Of a stretch of 64,000 nt of DNA, positions 26,406 through 40,119 are shown piece after piece (position 1 is the stretch's first letter; every line of letters begins with the position of its first letter). Both the position numbers and the translations under genes were made by a program. A model generated the notes under the pieces. It worked only from the letters and a program-made list of their open reading frames with translations. It had not been told where the DNA came from and ran no database searches. Source of the DNA: Dimorphilus gyrociliatus (taxonomy: Eukaryota; Animalia; Annelida); NCBI GenBank assembly GCA_904063045.1, contig CAJFCJ010000026.1, positions 722,964 to 786,963 of the forward strand. Direction: 5' to 3'.

Positions 26406-26875
26406 TTATAGAACAATCTTTAAAACTAGGTTAATTATAAGTAATAACGATAACATTGGTTCTAGTATTGTTGACTTGTTACACTTATCCGTTTTACAGT
26501 AGCAAGTAGACAAGGCAATAATTTCTGTACAATCGTCAGAAAATGACGTAGGTATGCAAGTTCTTGTTATCAACGAGCCAACTATTAAAGATAATAGAAT
26601 AATGATAATATTGACAAACTATACAAACATTTACTTACCTTTTGTCTTTAGACACGATCCACTTGTTTTACAAGTACCGATTAATGCACCTACAAAATCT
26701 TCACCGCAATCTGTATCAACTGCGCTTGTGCATTCGTAACACGATATTGTACCTTGAATAGTTTGTATGTTTGTTTTTATCAATTACAAACAACAGACAA
26801 ACTAATCTTACCTGTAACGACTTGAAAGACGTTTAACGAAGAAGATAGTAGTATTAGAGAGAATATTAGTTTCAT
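26406..26875 (-). CDS. Ly6/three-finger protein, copy 4 (not evident in the ORF track); exons 26875-26812, 26752-26639, 26581-26406
   Basis: MKLIFSLILLSSSLNVFQVVTG-TISCYECTSAVDTDCGEDF..CKTSGSCLKTK-VGSLITRTC..CYCKTDKCN, GPI-type tail. Confidence 0.9.
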
Positions 26876-27600
26876 ATTTGGTATCTTGGATGTAGAGAGA
26901 GAGAGAGAGAGAGAGAGGAAGTTGTTCTTTGTATTGTGACGCTTTTTTGTAAACACGACGGCTGCCTGGAAACATGATTGAAAATGAAATATTTCGTTTC
27001 TATTGATTAATTGATTAATCATTTAATATCGAATCTCAAGATATCTCTTTCACGGAAAGAGAACAAAAGAAATTAATATTAAAAACAACAAACAAAACAA
27101 ACCAAACTAAATTGACAAACTAAACAAACAATAATTTTGAATAATAGTTGAAATTTACGTTTGAACGACAAACAATAATCAATGATTTATAAGTTAATAG
27201 TTTCTTTAAAGGACACCAGTTCAAAAGGATACGGATGGCTCCATCTATAAGTTTGTTCAAAAGTCAGAATATGTTGTTAATACGACAACAATTGAATCAT
27301 TAAAATATAGAATGTCTACTTTTAGGCGTCCCAAAGCGTTTAAACGACAAAAGAGGAAGAAAATGTAACAATTCCATCTTTGATAAGGACTCTTGTTAAT
27401 TAATCGAATGTATCAATTTGACTGAATAGTTTCGATAGATAACTCTTTTGTAGGTGTTTGTTTGTTTTCCTCAGGTTTTTAAAACTATACAATTCAACTG
27501 GAATAATTATTCTCATGTGGATTATCTTTTATGATGATTATCATATAAAATCGGTAATGAAATTTTTCCAGTTCATAATCCAGTTGGAGCTGAGATAATT

Positions 27601-28258
27601 ATGGTTGAGTGTAAAGGTTTACTAAGTAAATTATTAGGTAAGCTGTCGTTATCATTTAATAAACTCTTATCTTTCTACTCTTTAGTTGCTGTTTACTGTT
27701 TCCAAACTGGATTCCTACTCAAGTTGATAATAGAAAAGGCTAGATCTTATGACGTTAAAGTGGATTATCCTATGCAGTTGGTGGATCCTGATAATTTGAA
27801 AAAATGTCGAAATGGTTATGAAAAGATGAGAGTTGATTTTTGTCAATCAACCGCCAACTATCTTATAAACGCCGAATTGCTTAGCGACTCTTTTAACCTG
27901 GATAGAATCTGTTACTTGGGAGGTAGACATATGGATTGCGTTGGTAGTCTTCTATTTAAATCAAGAGATACGAGACTTCACGAATATCGTTCCCTTTTCT
28001 CTCTATTCTGTCAAAGAGGTTATCAAAAAAAACATCTTATCTTGTAAAATGATTAATCTCTCTTCTATTACAGATTGTCAACGGCAATTAAAAAACTGTA
28101 AAGGATTAAGATACCCAAAGAAAGGCGACTGTAAGCTGTACGATTGCGTTGTCGACGGTGTGGCCAAGTGTAATAATCGTAGCTCTCATCTACTTACAAA
28201 ATATTCGTATTTGAAGGATCTATGTAAGAGAGATAATAGTTTAGAGATGACAAACTGA
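27601..28258 (+). CDS. Cys-rich, probably secreted helical protein of unknown family, about 3 exons
   Basis: GT-AG splicing near 27638-27688 and 28020-28073 joins the ORFs in frame; regularly spaced cysteines. Confidence 0.55.
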
Positions 28259-28798
28259 CAAACTTTCTTTTTTTTATACATATATATAGGTCTAAGCGGT
28301 AACTCTACTATTTCGGATAACTGCAATGGAGAAGTAGAGATAAAAGGATTCAATTGGTTGATAATTGTTTCTCTTCTCATCATCTACCTTGTATGTTTTT
28401 AAACTCTCCTTATCTCCCTATTGATGACAACTTAGTATCTTTATCTATCTATCTATGTTATCGTATGCTATTTTCTTTGCTGCTTTTAATGTTGTATTTG
28501 GCAAATTATAAAAATTGTAGTTTGTCCGAGAAAAATACATTTTTTTTGGATTGAATGACAAACACTTATAGTGGCAAACATATATAAGAACTTTCCGTTT
28601 CGTAGGAGTAGAATACAGTAAATGAAATACAGTATTTAAGTAACTAAACCTTAAAAAACAAGATTTTAATCTCAACTTCTGAAAAATCGTCTTATTGTAG
28701 TTGAAACTGCAAAACTGCAATTATTTTGCGGTTGTTTCTAAATGAATTTTTTTACGATTGTTCAACGAATTGCGAAGAGGAAGTTGATAAATTCAAGT

Positions 28799-28870
28799 GG
28801 GGGTATAGCTCAGTGGCAGAGCATTCGACTGCAGATCGAGAGGTCCCTGGTTCAAATCCGGGTGCCCCCT
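28799..28870 (+). tRNA. trnC: tRNA-Cys (GCA)
   Basis: Identical 72-mer followed by an oligo-T terminator. Confidence 0.98.
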
Positions 28871-29031
28871 AATTTTTTTTCGTCTCCATCCCCTAAACAG
28901 TTTTCCCTATATCAATGAAAAATCGTTAGTTTGGAAGAGAAGATATAACGACATATAACTGTATATAGGCTGAGGAGAATTCAAGAAAATTGTCTTGTTT
29001 ATTTCGTTTTTTTTTTGTTTTTTAATAAAAA

Positions 29032-29480
29032 AAACTTAGTCTAAAATTTGGACGACGATAAAATGATAAAAAAAAACAGTTGAGTTTGTTTTTGAGTTGA
29101 TAACAAAATGGAATTTTTTTAAGTTATCGAGTTTGAACAAATGTTGAGATCCTAGATTGAAACCTCTTTTTACCGATTTCTATATGTGAAAACGAAATAC
29201 CCTCACACTTGGTCCGTCGATAAGATAGAGGAGTATCACATCAACTGGTATAAAATAACCAATAGAATGCAAAGCCTACCCAATGGACTTGGGAAGACAA
29301 ATACGACACATTTTCAAAGAGACTATAGAAAAATATAGATATCAATCATCAGGTATTTTTAATATTAATTAATTAATTAATTAATCTTATCTTATCCTAT
29401 ATTTTAGATTCCTAGCATAAAAATCTTTTTGATTTTTCGTCGAAAACCGATTGATTGAAGAAGAATAAATAGGAAAAATC
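29032..29480 (+). other. Diverged third copy of the inverted-repeat proximal promoter plus a short spliced transcript
   Basis: Blocks AAATTTGGACGA, TTAAGTTRTCGAGTTTGA and GAGATCCTA are shared with 18865-18970; TATAAAA at 29249; intron 29353-29407; AATAAA at 29464. Confidence 0.55.
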
Positions 29481-29649
29481 AAAAATTGAATATCTTTGAA
29501 GATACTTGAAAAATTGATTTTTTGTTCTCTTCGATACATGTCTTTTGTCTTTGTCTTCTCAAGTCTAAAAGATCTTTAAATATAACAAATAAAGATATTT
29601 AATGAATAAATGAATTGATTAGTTAGTTAATTATCCTCTCTTTTTGTCT

Positions 29650-32600
29650 TTAGCTATTAATAATTCTTAAGAGTTCTTTTTCCAATATTTCAGCATCGTT
29701 ATCCGGCATTGATATTTTCTCATTAGCAGTTAAAGTATTGTTTGTCAAAGGAGTAAGCATTTTAATAAACATTCTATTAAAAAGCTTATTGTTCAAATTT
29801 TCCATAGCTACAATTTTCTCTTCCAAACTGTTAGTCTTTCTAAGTAGACTTAATAGATTATCCTTTTCCTCTATTGGTGTTTTTTTCACAACTTTATCTT
29901 CTAAATTCTCTTTAATAATTGTTTTAAGATTTTTAATTATAAATTGAAAAACTTCATGATCTACGGGAAGAACACGAGGATCCGTTTTAACAGCCACCAA
30001 AAATCCATTCAAAGTAGTAATAAATATATTCAATATTAGATAAATCATAACACATCCATAAGATATTATAAATACTTTTCCCATTGTTCCCGAAGTCAAT
30101 GATAGTTTAACAAAGTCTAAATGTCCAAAAACCGTATCGATTAAAGCGTAGCAAGTAAATTTAAAACTTTTATAACTTTCCGTCGTTGAACCCATTACTA
30201 CATAACCCCAACAAGAGTAACCAATAAAGATTATTGTTGTACAAAATGCTATTGACAAAAGGCCACTTCCGGCTTTTTTAAGTGTACAAACAAGCACCGA
30301 TATTGTTCTTGATATTTTTAACATTGATAAGAGATGTAATTCACCAAAAAATCCGCTAATACCAATCAACATAATAAAATAATAATGAGCGTTAAAGAAA
30401 TACGATAGATCTACATATCTTTCTTTCGAATTCATAACATCTTCAACCGCTTTAACACCAATAAGAGTTCTATACGTGTAGAAGCCTATTGAACAGGTGA
30501 AAAACACCATCGATAAAATTAAAAATATCCCCGGTAATGTCTTATCCTTATAGTAGGAAAGCACAAATTTTATAATTATCGATAGCCATGATAATAGAGA
30601 TAATATTTCCAAGATTAACGTAACAACACCAATAGCTCCGGTATATCTATAAAGTATTAATGAATCACTTCGAAAAGATGTTAAAATTCCACCTGTCAAA
30701 TCCATTTTAAATTTCCATACTGCTTGAGAAATTATATCATGATTCAAGATTGTCAAGTCTAGTGTTAATATACGAGTTTGCCGATCGGTCCATCCGTATC
30801 TTTTTAACGTTCTAACCAGATCCAACGCTTTTTTTGGGTCTCTTCCTAAAGATATTGAATAACCTTTTTCGCTTTTCGAATATGAAAAAGCTACGTGTGA
30901 CTTTGCTGTACGAAAAAAGTCCCAATTTGGAGAATAGTCTTGCGTACTTAACGTTTTATCCGATATGGCTCCAAAACAACGATGATACTCAAAGAGAACT
31001 TCTAAATAATCATAAATCTTACAATCTTCACTCTGCACACGTTGCTGAAAGAGTCTTACCGATGAGAATCTCATATGATTAAGTTCTGTAGTATATCGAA
31101 TATCGTAATTAGTCCTATTATTTTTATTATAATATTCAAGTGGATATAAAGATGGTACAGCAATCTTCTCTAACCATTTCCATAATTTTGAATGATCCGT
31201 TACATTCGTAAAATTGACAAGAGTATTTTTAATAGCCCTATTCTGATAGAAGAATTCAGAACTTTGATTAGTAAAGCAGACATATGTTACTAGTATAAGA
31301 AATATTGAATGTAGAACAATATCCTTTATCATATTATTCATTCGATCTTTTATCATCTTTTCATATTTCATTTTTTTTATATCTTCTTGGGATTTTTTCA
31401 ATTTTTCCCGAATATTTAATTCTGGAATTTATTTATTTTTAAATTGTTGAAAAAAAAGAAACAACAACAAAAAATTACCTTTAGGAATATGAGAAAGATG
31501 TTCAACGTCTAATTTATTCATTTCTCCAATATGATCCTCGTATTGGGTAAGATAGGCGTCTTTCTCAAAAAGATAGGTTAGCAGAAAAACCAGAAAAATG
31601 ACTTTAACCGGTTGTACGAACAAGATACTTTGTAAAAATGAAATAAAAAATGAGCATAACCATCTCAACGATTTCTCTCTGCCCCATTGAATTGAATATA
31701 GAAAAGTAAAAAAACCAGCTGTCAACATCGCAACAACTGATAATATCCACGCTAGAATTAATGATAATCTTCTCTTCCTTTTACATTTGAATAATAATGA
31801 GACAACGACTAATCCGGGAAAAACAATTATACTACTTGCCAATCCAACGTAGAATTCATTTAATGATATTGTCACGGAATTCGTTTGCTTCCTTAGCGAA
31901 CCGTCCTCCTTATAAAACATACAACTCGCAATCATCGAGAGAAATAATGCCACGTAACAGACGGTAAACCTTTGCAATCTTGTAAATCTTGATTTTGTAC
32001 GCCTGGCACCAATTGAAATCCAAAGGTGATCGTCGGTAATTCTCTGTTTAAGATTTCTTTTGAATAGTTGATCGATTGCCGGTTGATTTACATTTCTAGA
32101 TGCTAGAACAACTAAATCAGTTCGTGAACCATAGTGAACATCCGATAACCATTTATCACAATCAAAGTTATACCACACGTTAGACGCCTTATCTATGATA
32201 ACAATTCTCGAAACAAACCATGGATCAAATGGTTCGTATGTATCATCTTTAGTGGGAACTTGCCTAAGATATAATTTCAAACAAACAATTGACCCAAGAG
32301 AAAACGGAGTTGTCAACTTAAAAGCGTTCATGGAACCCTCCTTAAATGACGTTACCGTTTGTGAGGCAAGTCTTCTTCGTCCCGTATCAGCATCAGTACC
32401 ATAAACAATCATATAGACATGCGATGTAGTAGCGGCTTTCCGTTTATTTCCGGTAAAAACGTGAACTTCGTATTCGAACTTGTCTTCTTCATGATTGTCA
32501 ACTAAGGGGGAAGCCTGCCATAAAATCTCATCTCTTAAATCTAATCTTCTAATCATAATGGCCAATGGAAAAAATATAATAATTAAAGCGCAAATAGTTC

Positions 32601-35600
32601 CAAAGACTGCTGCATTATCAGCCAATTTTTTACCCAAATCGGTAAAAACTTCCTCAAAATCAATAGTATTCGGAGCCAAGTCCAAACCCGTTCCCAAACT
32701 ACCTAAAAGATTACTTTTAAATTTAACTTTTGACGATAAACTTTCCTCTTGAAATTTACAATCGTCATTATCACAAGAATTCCATACTTTACCATTCCAT
32801 TTTTTAACAGATGGATAGGACGCCTTAAATCCATACTTTAATAGGTTGTATGTGCAATTTGAACAATGAGTTGTAGATGTTGAAGATGCCAATGAGACAA
32901 CAATTATTAACGTTTGATTTACTGTTGAATTTAATAGAATAGTTCTTTTGTATTCTTCACACTCTCTCTTGTTGAATTTCAAACTTTTAAAACAAATTTT
33001 CTCAGTATTCGGCAATAGAAACGATCTATTATTATTATTATTACTTGGCTTATAATTGTAACCAATTAAAACAGAGAGTGTTACATTTTCTTTAAAATCG
33101 AATAACAATAATAATTTGTTTCTCGTTACGTTTATAGTATGTATAGAAAATGTTTTTGTCGTATTAATATATTGTATACCGTCGTTAGGGTCGACGTTTA
33201 ATGACAATGAAAATTCAGCAGCAATCTTTGCGATTGTATTACGTTTTTTTCTTTTTAAATTATCACAGGGATTCAATTGAAAAGTTGCCACTGTAGATGT
33301 AACTTTTTCCGAAGAATTGTGCCACATATAAGGATTAATATTTGATAGAATTAACTTTCTTCCTATGCAACTGATGCTTTCAGTTTTCACTGAATGCAAT
33401 TCAAAAGAACCATATTGCGAATCGTAAGAAGTATTCTTAATAAGATTCGGATTTGTCTTTTCCATATGAATATCCATAGTATCTAACTCTATATTAATTG
33501 GTTTATTGATTACGGAACTTTCTAGTAGTTTGTCTGTAACACTTTCAACAACGTTTACGACATTACCCATAACATTTTTTAATTTAGTATTAGTTCCTTC
33601 GTCATCGATTGGATTATTATTTTTTAAATCGATAATGTTATCACAATGATAATCTTCTCCGTTTGAGTTACCTTCTATATTTTGAGCTGCTTGTACATCT
33701 TCCCTATAGTTATTTGCTGCTATTGTCATTTTAGCAGTTGTTCTTATAAGATCTAAAATAAAAGAGAGAGAGAGAGAAGGGAATAAATCAAAAAATATTA
33801 GCCTTTTCTTTACTAATAAGGTGAAAAAAACACTCATACAAACCAATTGAAATTTTATCTCTCTCCGATTTAGACAAGTCTTCTTTATTAACAGCCTCAT
33901 TAATATTAGCAATTCTCTCTGCTAGATCTTCCTATTAATATTTTTATTCATTATTATTTATTTAGTTTATGATTACAAAACAAAAGAATACTTGAGAGGG
34001 TATATCAACTTCGATAGGATTGTTAACGAGTTTGTTTATTATTTCATTATTCTGTTCAATTTCTTTGGTTGATTTTAATGGAATTTTTACGGCATAATCG
34101 ACCATTCCTCGACGAATCTGTTTGAAAAACAAACGAATAAGATGGCGTAAACAGTTTGTTATTTATTACCTTCATCTTCTTTGCTCTTTCATCGCAAAAC
34201 CTCTCCTTTTCCTTTTCTCTTTCATCTGCATTTAAAGGGCGTTCAGATTTTTCAATTGTATTCTCATTTAAGACGGATGTAACTGAATAAAGGGTTGCGG
34301 AAACACTAGTATAATCAGCGGATTCAAATTCCTTTTTCAATTTATCACCTTCCACAACATTCAAAGATGTTTCCAAAACTTTATCATTATCATCTTCTGA
34401 CGGCGGTAGAACCTCTATCTGATAAGTAATACGGCTAATATCGCTGTACGAGTCGATTATCGTTATTATTACTTCAGTCAAATGATTGTCATCGTCACCA
34501 AGAGGTAACATGATATTGGTGATATTTGGTTCGTAAGAGGAATGAAGAAGAAAATTTTGATCAACATCTGCGCCTTTAGGACGTGCTTTAAATTCGTACA
34601 ATAGTCCACGACTTCCTTGCAAAGTTTCAAACTCTTTCCAATTATGACAAGAGATATCGAATAAATCGATTGTTGCCTTTCCAGAAAGAGGATTAATACC
34701 ACAGCTACCTCCATAGGGTGGTCTATTAATAAGAAAGATAACCGAATATGAAGTATTTTCGCTCACATCATCGAAAGCTCCTTCAACTTTAAGATTATAT
34801 TGAAAACCATTTTGAATTTCGTTTGGTAAAAAGTTAATTATTTCGTTCGTATTTAAATGCTGATTGATAATCGCTTTGGTCCGTTGTTCAATCAATTGAC
34901 CGTTATTAAGCTGATACAATGTCCACTTGTAGGTCATGGGACGTTTTAAAACGAAACAGTTCGAGAAGCATTGTACCTGCATCTTTATGGCTTTTGACAC
35001 AGTTTTTGTTCGTTGACAATTTGATATACATCTAAGGAATTGTATAAAAATTTTTACAAAAGCGTAAGAATTAATAATTATTTATGTAAACCTACCGAAT
35101 TTCTATTCTCGGAGCCAATAATATTGGTATTGTTATAGTAAAGTTTAAAGATTTCTCTCGATTACCGACGTTAGATACCATTCTAACTTGAAAAAAATAC
35201 TGTCTATTAGGAAGCATGTGTAAACTATCGATAGTAAATTTTCCATCTGTATTAGAACCAACAAAACCGGGTCCATGACCAAAACATCCGCCATTTTGTT
35301 TAAATTTTTTAATATCTGGAACATTCTTTGGATCGTATCCCAAAAACTTCTCATCGAATAAATAATTTTCACCCTTTTGCTTACAGAAATATTTAAATAA
35401 TATTCCTTTCAATTTTTCATCTGGATAATTATCGGGATCGTAACTTAAAAGACCCGAATCATAGTTTAATTTTTCGCCGAAAGTTAGAACGGCATCTTTT
35501 TTACCTCCAAGGTCAAGGTAAAGTGGGCTTACTTCAATATTAAAATATAACGAGTATGTATGATTAAACTGAGAAAAGTTTGTCATATGAATAAAATACT

Positions 35601-38591
35601 GAATTTTATATTGTCCGATATTCAATGTTCTTTTTTCAATAAAAACCGAGCTATTGCTAGTCGTATATAATAAATTATTCGTATCCATATTGAAAAGTTT
35701 CCATTCAACTGTTGTATGTTTAGTTCTCTGACAGTCTATACGAATTAGTGGTGTAATAAGAATATTATGACTTTTTAACACTACTTTTGGTGAATTTTCA
35801 ATTAAATATTCATTTGGAAAAGTCACATTTGATATAGAGCAAGAAAGATCAATAATATTAACCACAGTCCATTTATAATCTTCGCTTACGCTATTAAATC
35901 CTTTAAGGGAAATGTTAAATGTACCAATTTTAATAAATTGATAATTAAAAGTAATAGTATCTTGTTGATTATCGATCTGTTTGTAATCTATTGCATTTAC
36001 AAGAGCATAGTCTCGGCAAACCTTGCTTATTCCATAGGCAAACTTCGTTTTTGGATTATCTGTATTTAAATCGAATACAAAGCAAGAATCCTTAGCCATC
36101 CTCTTTATTCTAGCCTCAATTACAATATAGTTATTAATAGTTGCAGTATCATTAGATAAGAGATAACTTATTATAACCTCATCCAATAAAAGTTTTGTTG
36201 TAGTAGATAAATATTTCTCCGATATTAGATTGCGACATAAAATCGTAGTATTTATAGTTCCAATGTCTTTTATTGAAAACGATTGACTAAATACTATTGT
36301 TTGAGAAGGTTCCAGTAATGGAATATATTCATCTCTTTTAATAACATTATTGAAAGAGATTGTACAATAGATATTTGTTAGATTGCTCTGATGTGATAAC
36401 GATGATAGTTCATAAATAATAATTCCAGGCGTCCAAAAGACTGTTTTATTACTTGTGAATGTAACGTTTTCAATAACATTTTGTACAATTATAACTTTTT
36501 CTATAGTTTGTCGATTAAAGCCATTTTCAACTATTGCTTTTACAGTATAGTTGCCAATATCTTTAAAGTAATATGTAAAATTAACTGATCTTTGGAAAGT
36601 AGATATGTTTGGATAAGATAATTCAAATACTGATAGATTGTAACCAATAATTAATTGAAATTTTACAAAAGAACCGGATGTTATATTTAATAAAAACAAT
36701 TGTTTTTCAAAAGGTTTCATTATGGCTTTTTCCATTGTAAACATAAAATTTTCAATTTTCTCATAAATATTGATATAATATAAAAAGTTTTGTGTGCTTA
36801 CTAAATTCTTACATGTAAGATTCAGTGTTCTATTAAAACCAACATAATTTATAGTATTGAACTGAATGGTTTTTTGAGATGATTTCTTAATTTTAGATAA
36901 ATCAGGTTGATGAACAAATTCTGTTGAATTCTCCAGAAATATTAAAGAACAAAAAACATCAGTTGGAGGATCGCTTTTAGTATTGACCATAATTGTAAAA
37001 TTTGTATAATACTCTCCAATACTAATATTATTAGGACCAGTAAGTTTTAGGTCATAAATTGGTACTTGAACAGTAATAGGTTTTAATAAATGTGATAATT
37101 CATTAACTGTATTATTTACAGTTATAGTAGGGGTGAAAATTCCTGGATTTGGGTAACTATGGTTAAACCTTTCAAGTTTATCAAGTATTACCTCAATTCT
37201 AGAATTATCTCCATCGAATATAAAGAGTTGAACATCATCACCAGTTAACACTTCAACAGATAATTCGAATGATCTATTAACACTAATTGTATAGTTGAAT
37301 AAATTTCGAAAAGACACATTTAAGCCAGTTATCTCTTCAATTAAAGTGACATTCCATTGAAAATCTAAAATGGTAATCAGATTTGAACACTCCCCTAGAA
37401 TGGTAATATTCTTATATTGTTTTTCGTTATATATTCTATTCATTGTGAAATTTAATTCAAATCCTTTAATTAAATTAACGTTAGAGAATAATTCCGTACT
37501 TTCATTGCCAAATTTTGCTCTACAAGAAACATTTGTTGGAACTATAGAAGAACCAATTTGTCGGATATTAATTTGAAAACTTCTTGGTTTTAAATAGAAT
37601 AATGAAATGTTTGCAATAGTTATTGGACTTTGAACTATTAAATTTGGACCATAAGTAATTGTATAATTAACGCTATTTGAAAAATTTGCCCTTAAACTAT
37701 ATATACCAGGATCACTAACTGTTGTAGTCATATTGTCGAATATTCCTGGTCCATGGAATTCTCTATTAAATACTATATAATTGTTTCCAATTGTTATTTC
37801 CAGTGTAATATTCGTACCGTATATTGCAGTTGCAATGATATCAAAAGGTAAATTTGTCCATAGCAAAGTTTTCGGTAATAATATTGAAACATCTTTAATC
37901 GCTTCTTCTAATGTAGCAACATAGGATCGATTACTGGATGATACTTGATTATTGCATTTTATAAATATCACAACATTCCTTTTATAACGCTCGTTAAAGC
38001 TGCTATCATAGAGGAGCAAAGCTGTAAAACCTTGTGTCAAGTTGACGTCATTTTTAGTAATATTCGTATTATTTTCACTTGTTAAACTTGTTATCATACA
38101 CGTCACATTTGTTGGTTCATGTAAAGTTTCTGCAGAGAAAATATGCATACGTACTGTTCTCGGTGGAATGATTATATGAGTTGCTTGAAGTTGATTGATT
38201 TCATGTTGAACTATAATATCTATTTTATCACTGTCACTGAGTGATGAATTTGTTACATTTACAATAATTGTATAGAGTTGAGGAATTGAATAAGAATAAT
38301 TAAAAATAATTGGTTTTTCTTCAACAGATGACATGAAACTGTTAAACGTTGTAAAGTTACCATCTCCAAAGTATATTCTATATTCTGTATTGTTGAAATA
38401 ATCGAAATATACACTTATATTTATTGATTTAAAAGTTGGATAATGAGTTTTTTCAATAAGTATTTCAACACCTAAAAAAAGAAAATAGAAAAACGAACGA
38501 AAATTAAATATCTAATATCTGTTTTTTTCAACTTACTTTTTAAGTAGATAATTACAAAGTTAAAGATGGTAAAGAAGGTGAAAATCTTCAT
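29650..38591 (-). CDS. PKD1L: Polycystin-1-like protein (PKD repeats, REJ, GAIN/GPS, PLAT, multi-pass channel region), 2850 aa; exons 38591-38537, 38471-35096, 35031-34170, 34117-33992, 33931-33844, 33752-31479, 31421-29650
   Basis: Signal peptide, YFGDG PKD motif, RCISNC REJ start, PLAT (YEVHVFTG..AATTSHVY..PWFVSRIV), RFTRLQRFTVC TM motif, TOP-domain RLFQQRV and WTDRQTR; exon lengths sum to 8553 nt in frame. Confidence 0.92.
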
Positions 38592-39199
38592 GATTTATCA
38601 ATAATATTCGCAAATTTCTCTCTTTCTTCTAAAAAAAACTCCAAACAACTGTATACAACAACAAGAATGGGTTATATAGTTACCCAATGGTAGAGTGACA
38701 TTAATAATTTATTGGTAAATAAAAAGATTGTTAAAACTGTATGAAACGACTCTATATATTTTAATATTAATTACTTTTATAGTCTAAAACTAAGCGATGT
38801 ATAAGTAAGTTATATAGTAAAGCCCTTTTATATTTTTTGTAAAAGTTTACATCATTTAATAATTGAAACTCTCTAATATTTATAACATATTTAAGCTCTA
38901 TCTATTTACTTTTTGTGCAGCAATCCAGTATCTATTGAAAAAAAAATGATAAATAATAGAATTATTATAAACAGTAACAGTTTATTCCTAAAGTGTAAAT
39001 TTTTTTTTTCCTGTTTCTAAAACAATGAACTTTTTTATGCAGATGATGTAAAGAAATTATTCATACATCTCTTTTATCTAGGAATTGATTGTCCTTTGTT
39101 TGTTCCTGCACTTGAATTTATTATCATTAATAATCTAGATATCATTTGAATACCGATCGGTTAAGTCAGTTCGGACAACATTTATTATGTATACTGTTT

Positions 39200-39962
39200 T
39201 ATAGGATTAGACAACAATTAAATATATGAAAGATATTTGCTATGATAATGTTATGATAACGGATCGTTGTCCTTATAGGAGCGCGATGATCTTGAAAACC
39301 AAAACTTTAAATTCTGTGAAGTTTTAAAAGTTATCGTCATTCTTCTCATCCGTTGAATTGATTGCTCATTTTGAATTTTCTTAGGACTTGAGATCTTGGA
39401 TTTTTTCTTTGTCTATTTGAGTGATAATATGCGAAGTGAGACAAGAAATAATAATAGAATATACTGACCTTCTTTCGTTTCTGCGCTAAAGGTTCCCTAT
39501 CCGGATGGGATTTTTGGGAGCAGGATGATACATTTATCATTGTTGGATTAGCGTTGGGTTTCAAACTAACTCGATCTGGTCCCCAATAACTTTTTGCGCT
39601 AAAATGTTCGGAGCAAACTTTGCGATATTTCAAACATTTTGCGCTTTTCTCATAGGCTTTCGTAAGTCTTTCATTACCCAAATTTGATACCCATATTGAA
39701 GCTCTAATTAAAGTAAATAGTTTTAAAGATGTCAGTTTAACGGTTGAGAACGAATCAGAATACAAAAAAAAAAATGGCACACACACAATTTTTTATAACT
39801 TTATTTTGCAGTTCACGTTAAGCAAACTAAGCTATTCATGGGAGAAAGTAATAAATACCTTTCTGGAGTATTTGGAAATTTGTGAAACTTTACATTTTTA
39901 TTGCTTTGAGTATTATTATTGCAATTTTTTGCTTGGCAAACAGTTCCCCCTCTCTTTCTCAT
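39200..39962 (-). CDS. THAP zinc-finger protein (possible P-element-type transposase relic); exons 39962-39859, 39703-39469, 3' end uncertain
   Basis: C2CH THAP signature: CQAKNC..FHKFP..W..VCSEHF..LKPNANPT. Confidence 0.8.
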
Positions 39963-40119
39963 GGCTTGAAAACTGGTAATAGCATTCTTCCGGAAGTTGA
40001 ATATGGTACGTAACGTTAGAGAACTTATAATCGGAATTATTATTGTTTTTAAATTTTACAAATATTAATATTCTTTATGAACACATTTAATAATAAAACT
40101 AATTTACAATGTTTAAATC

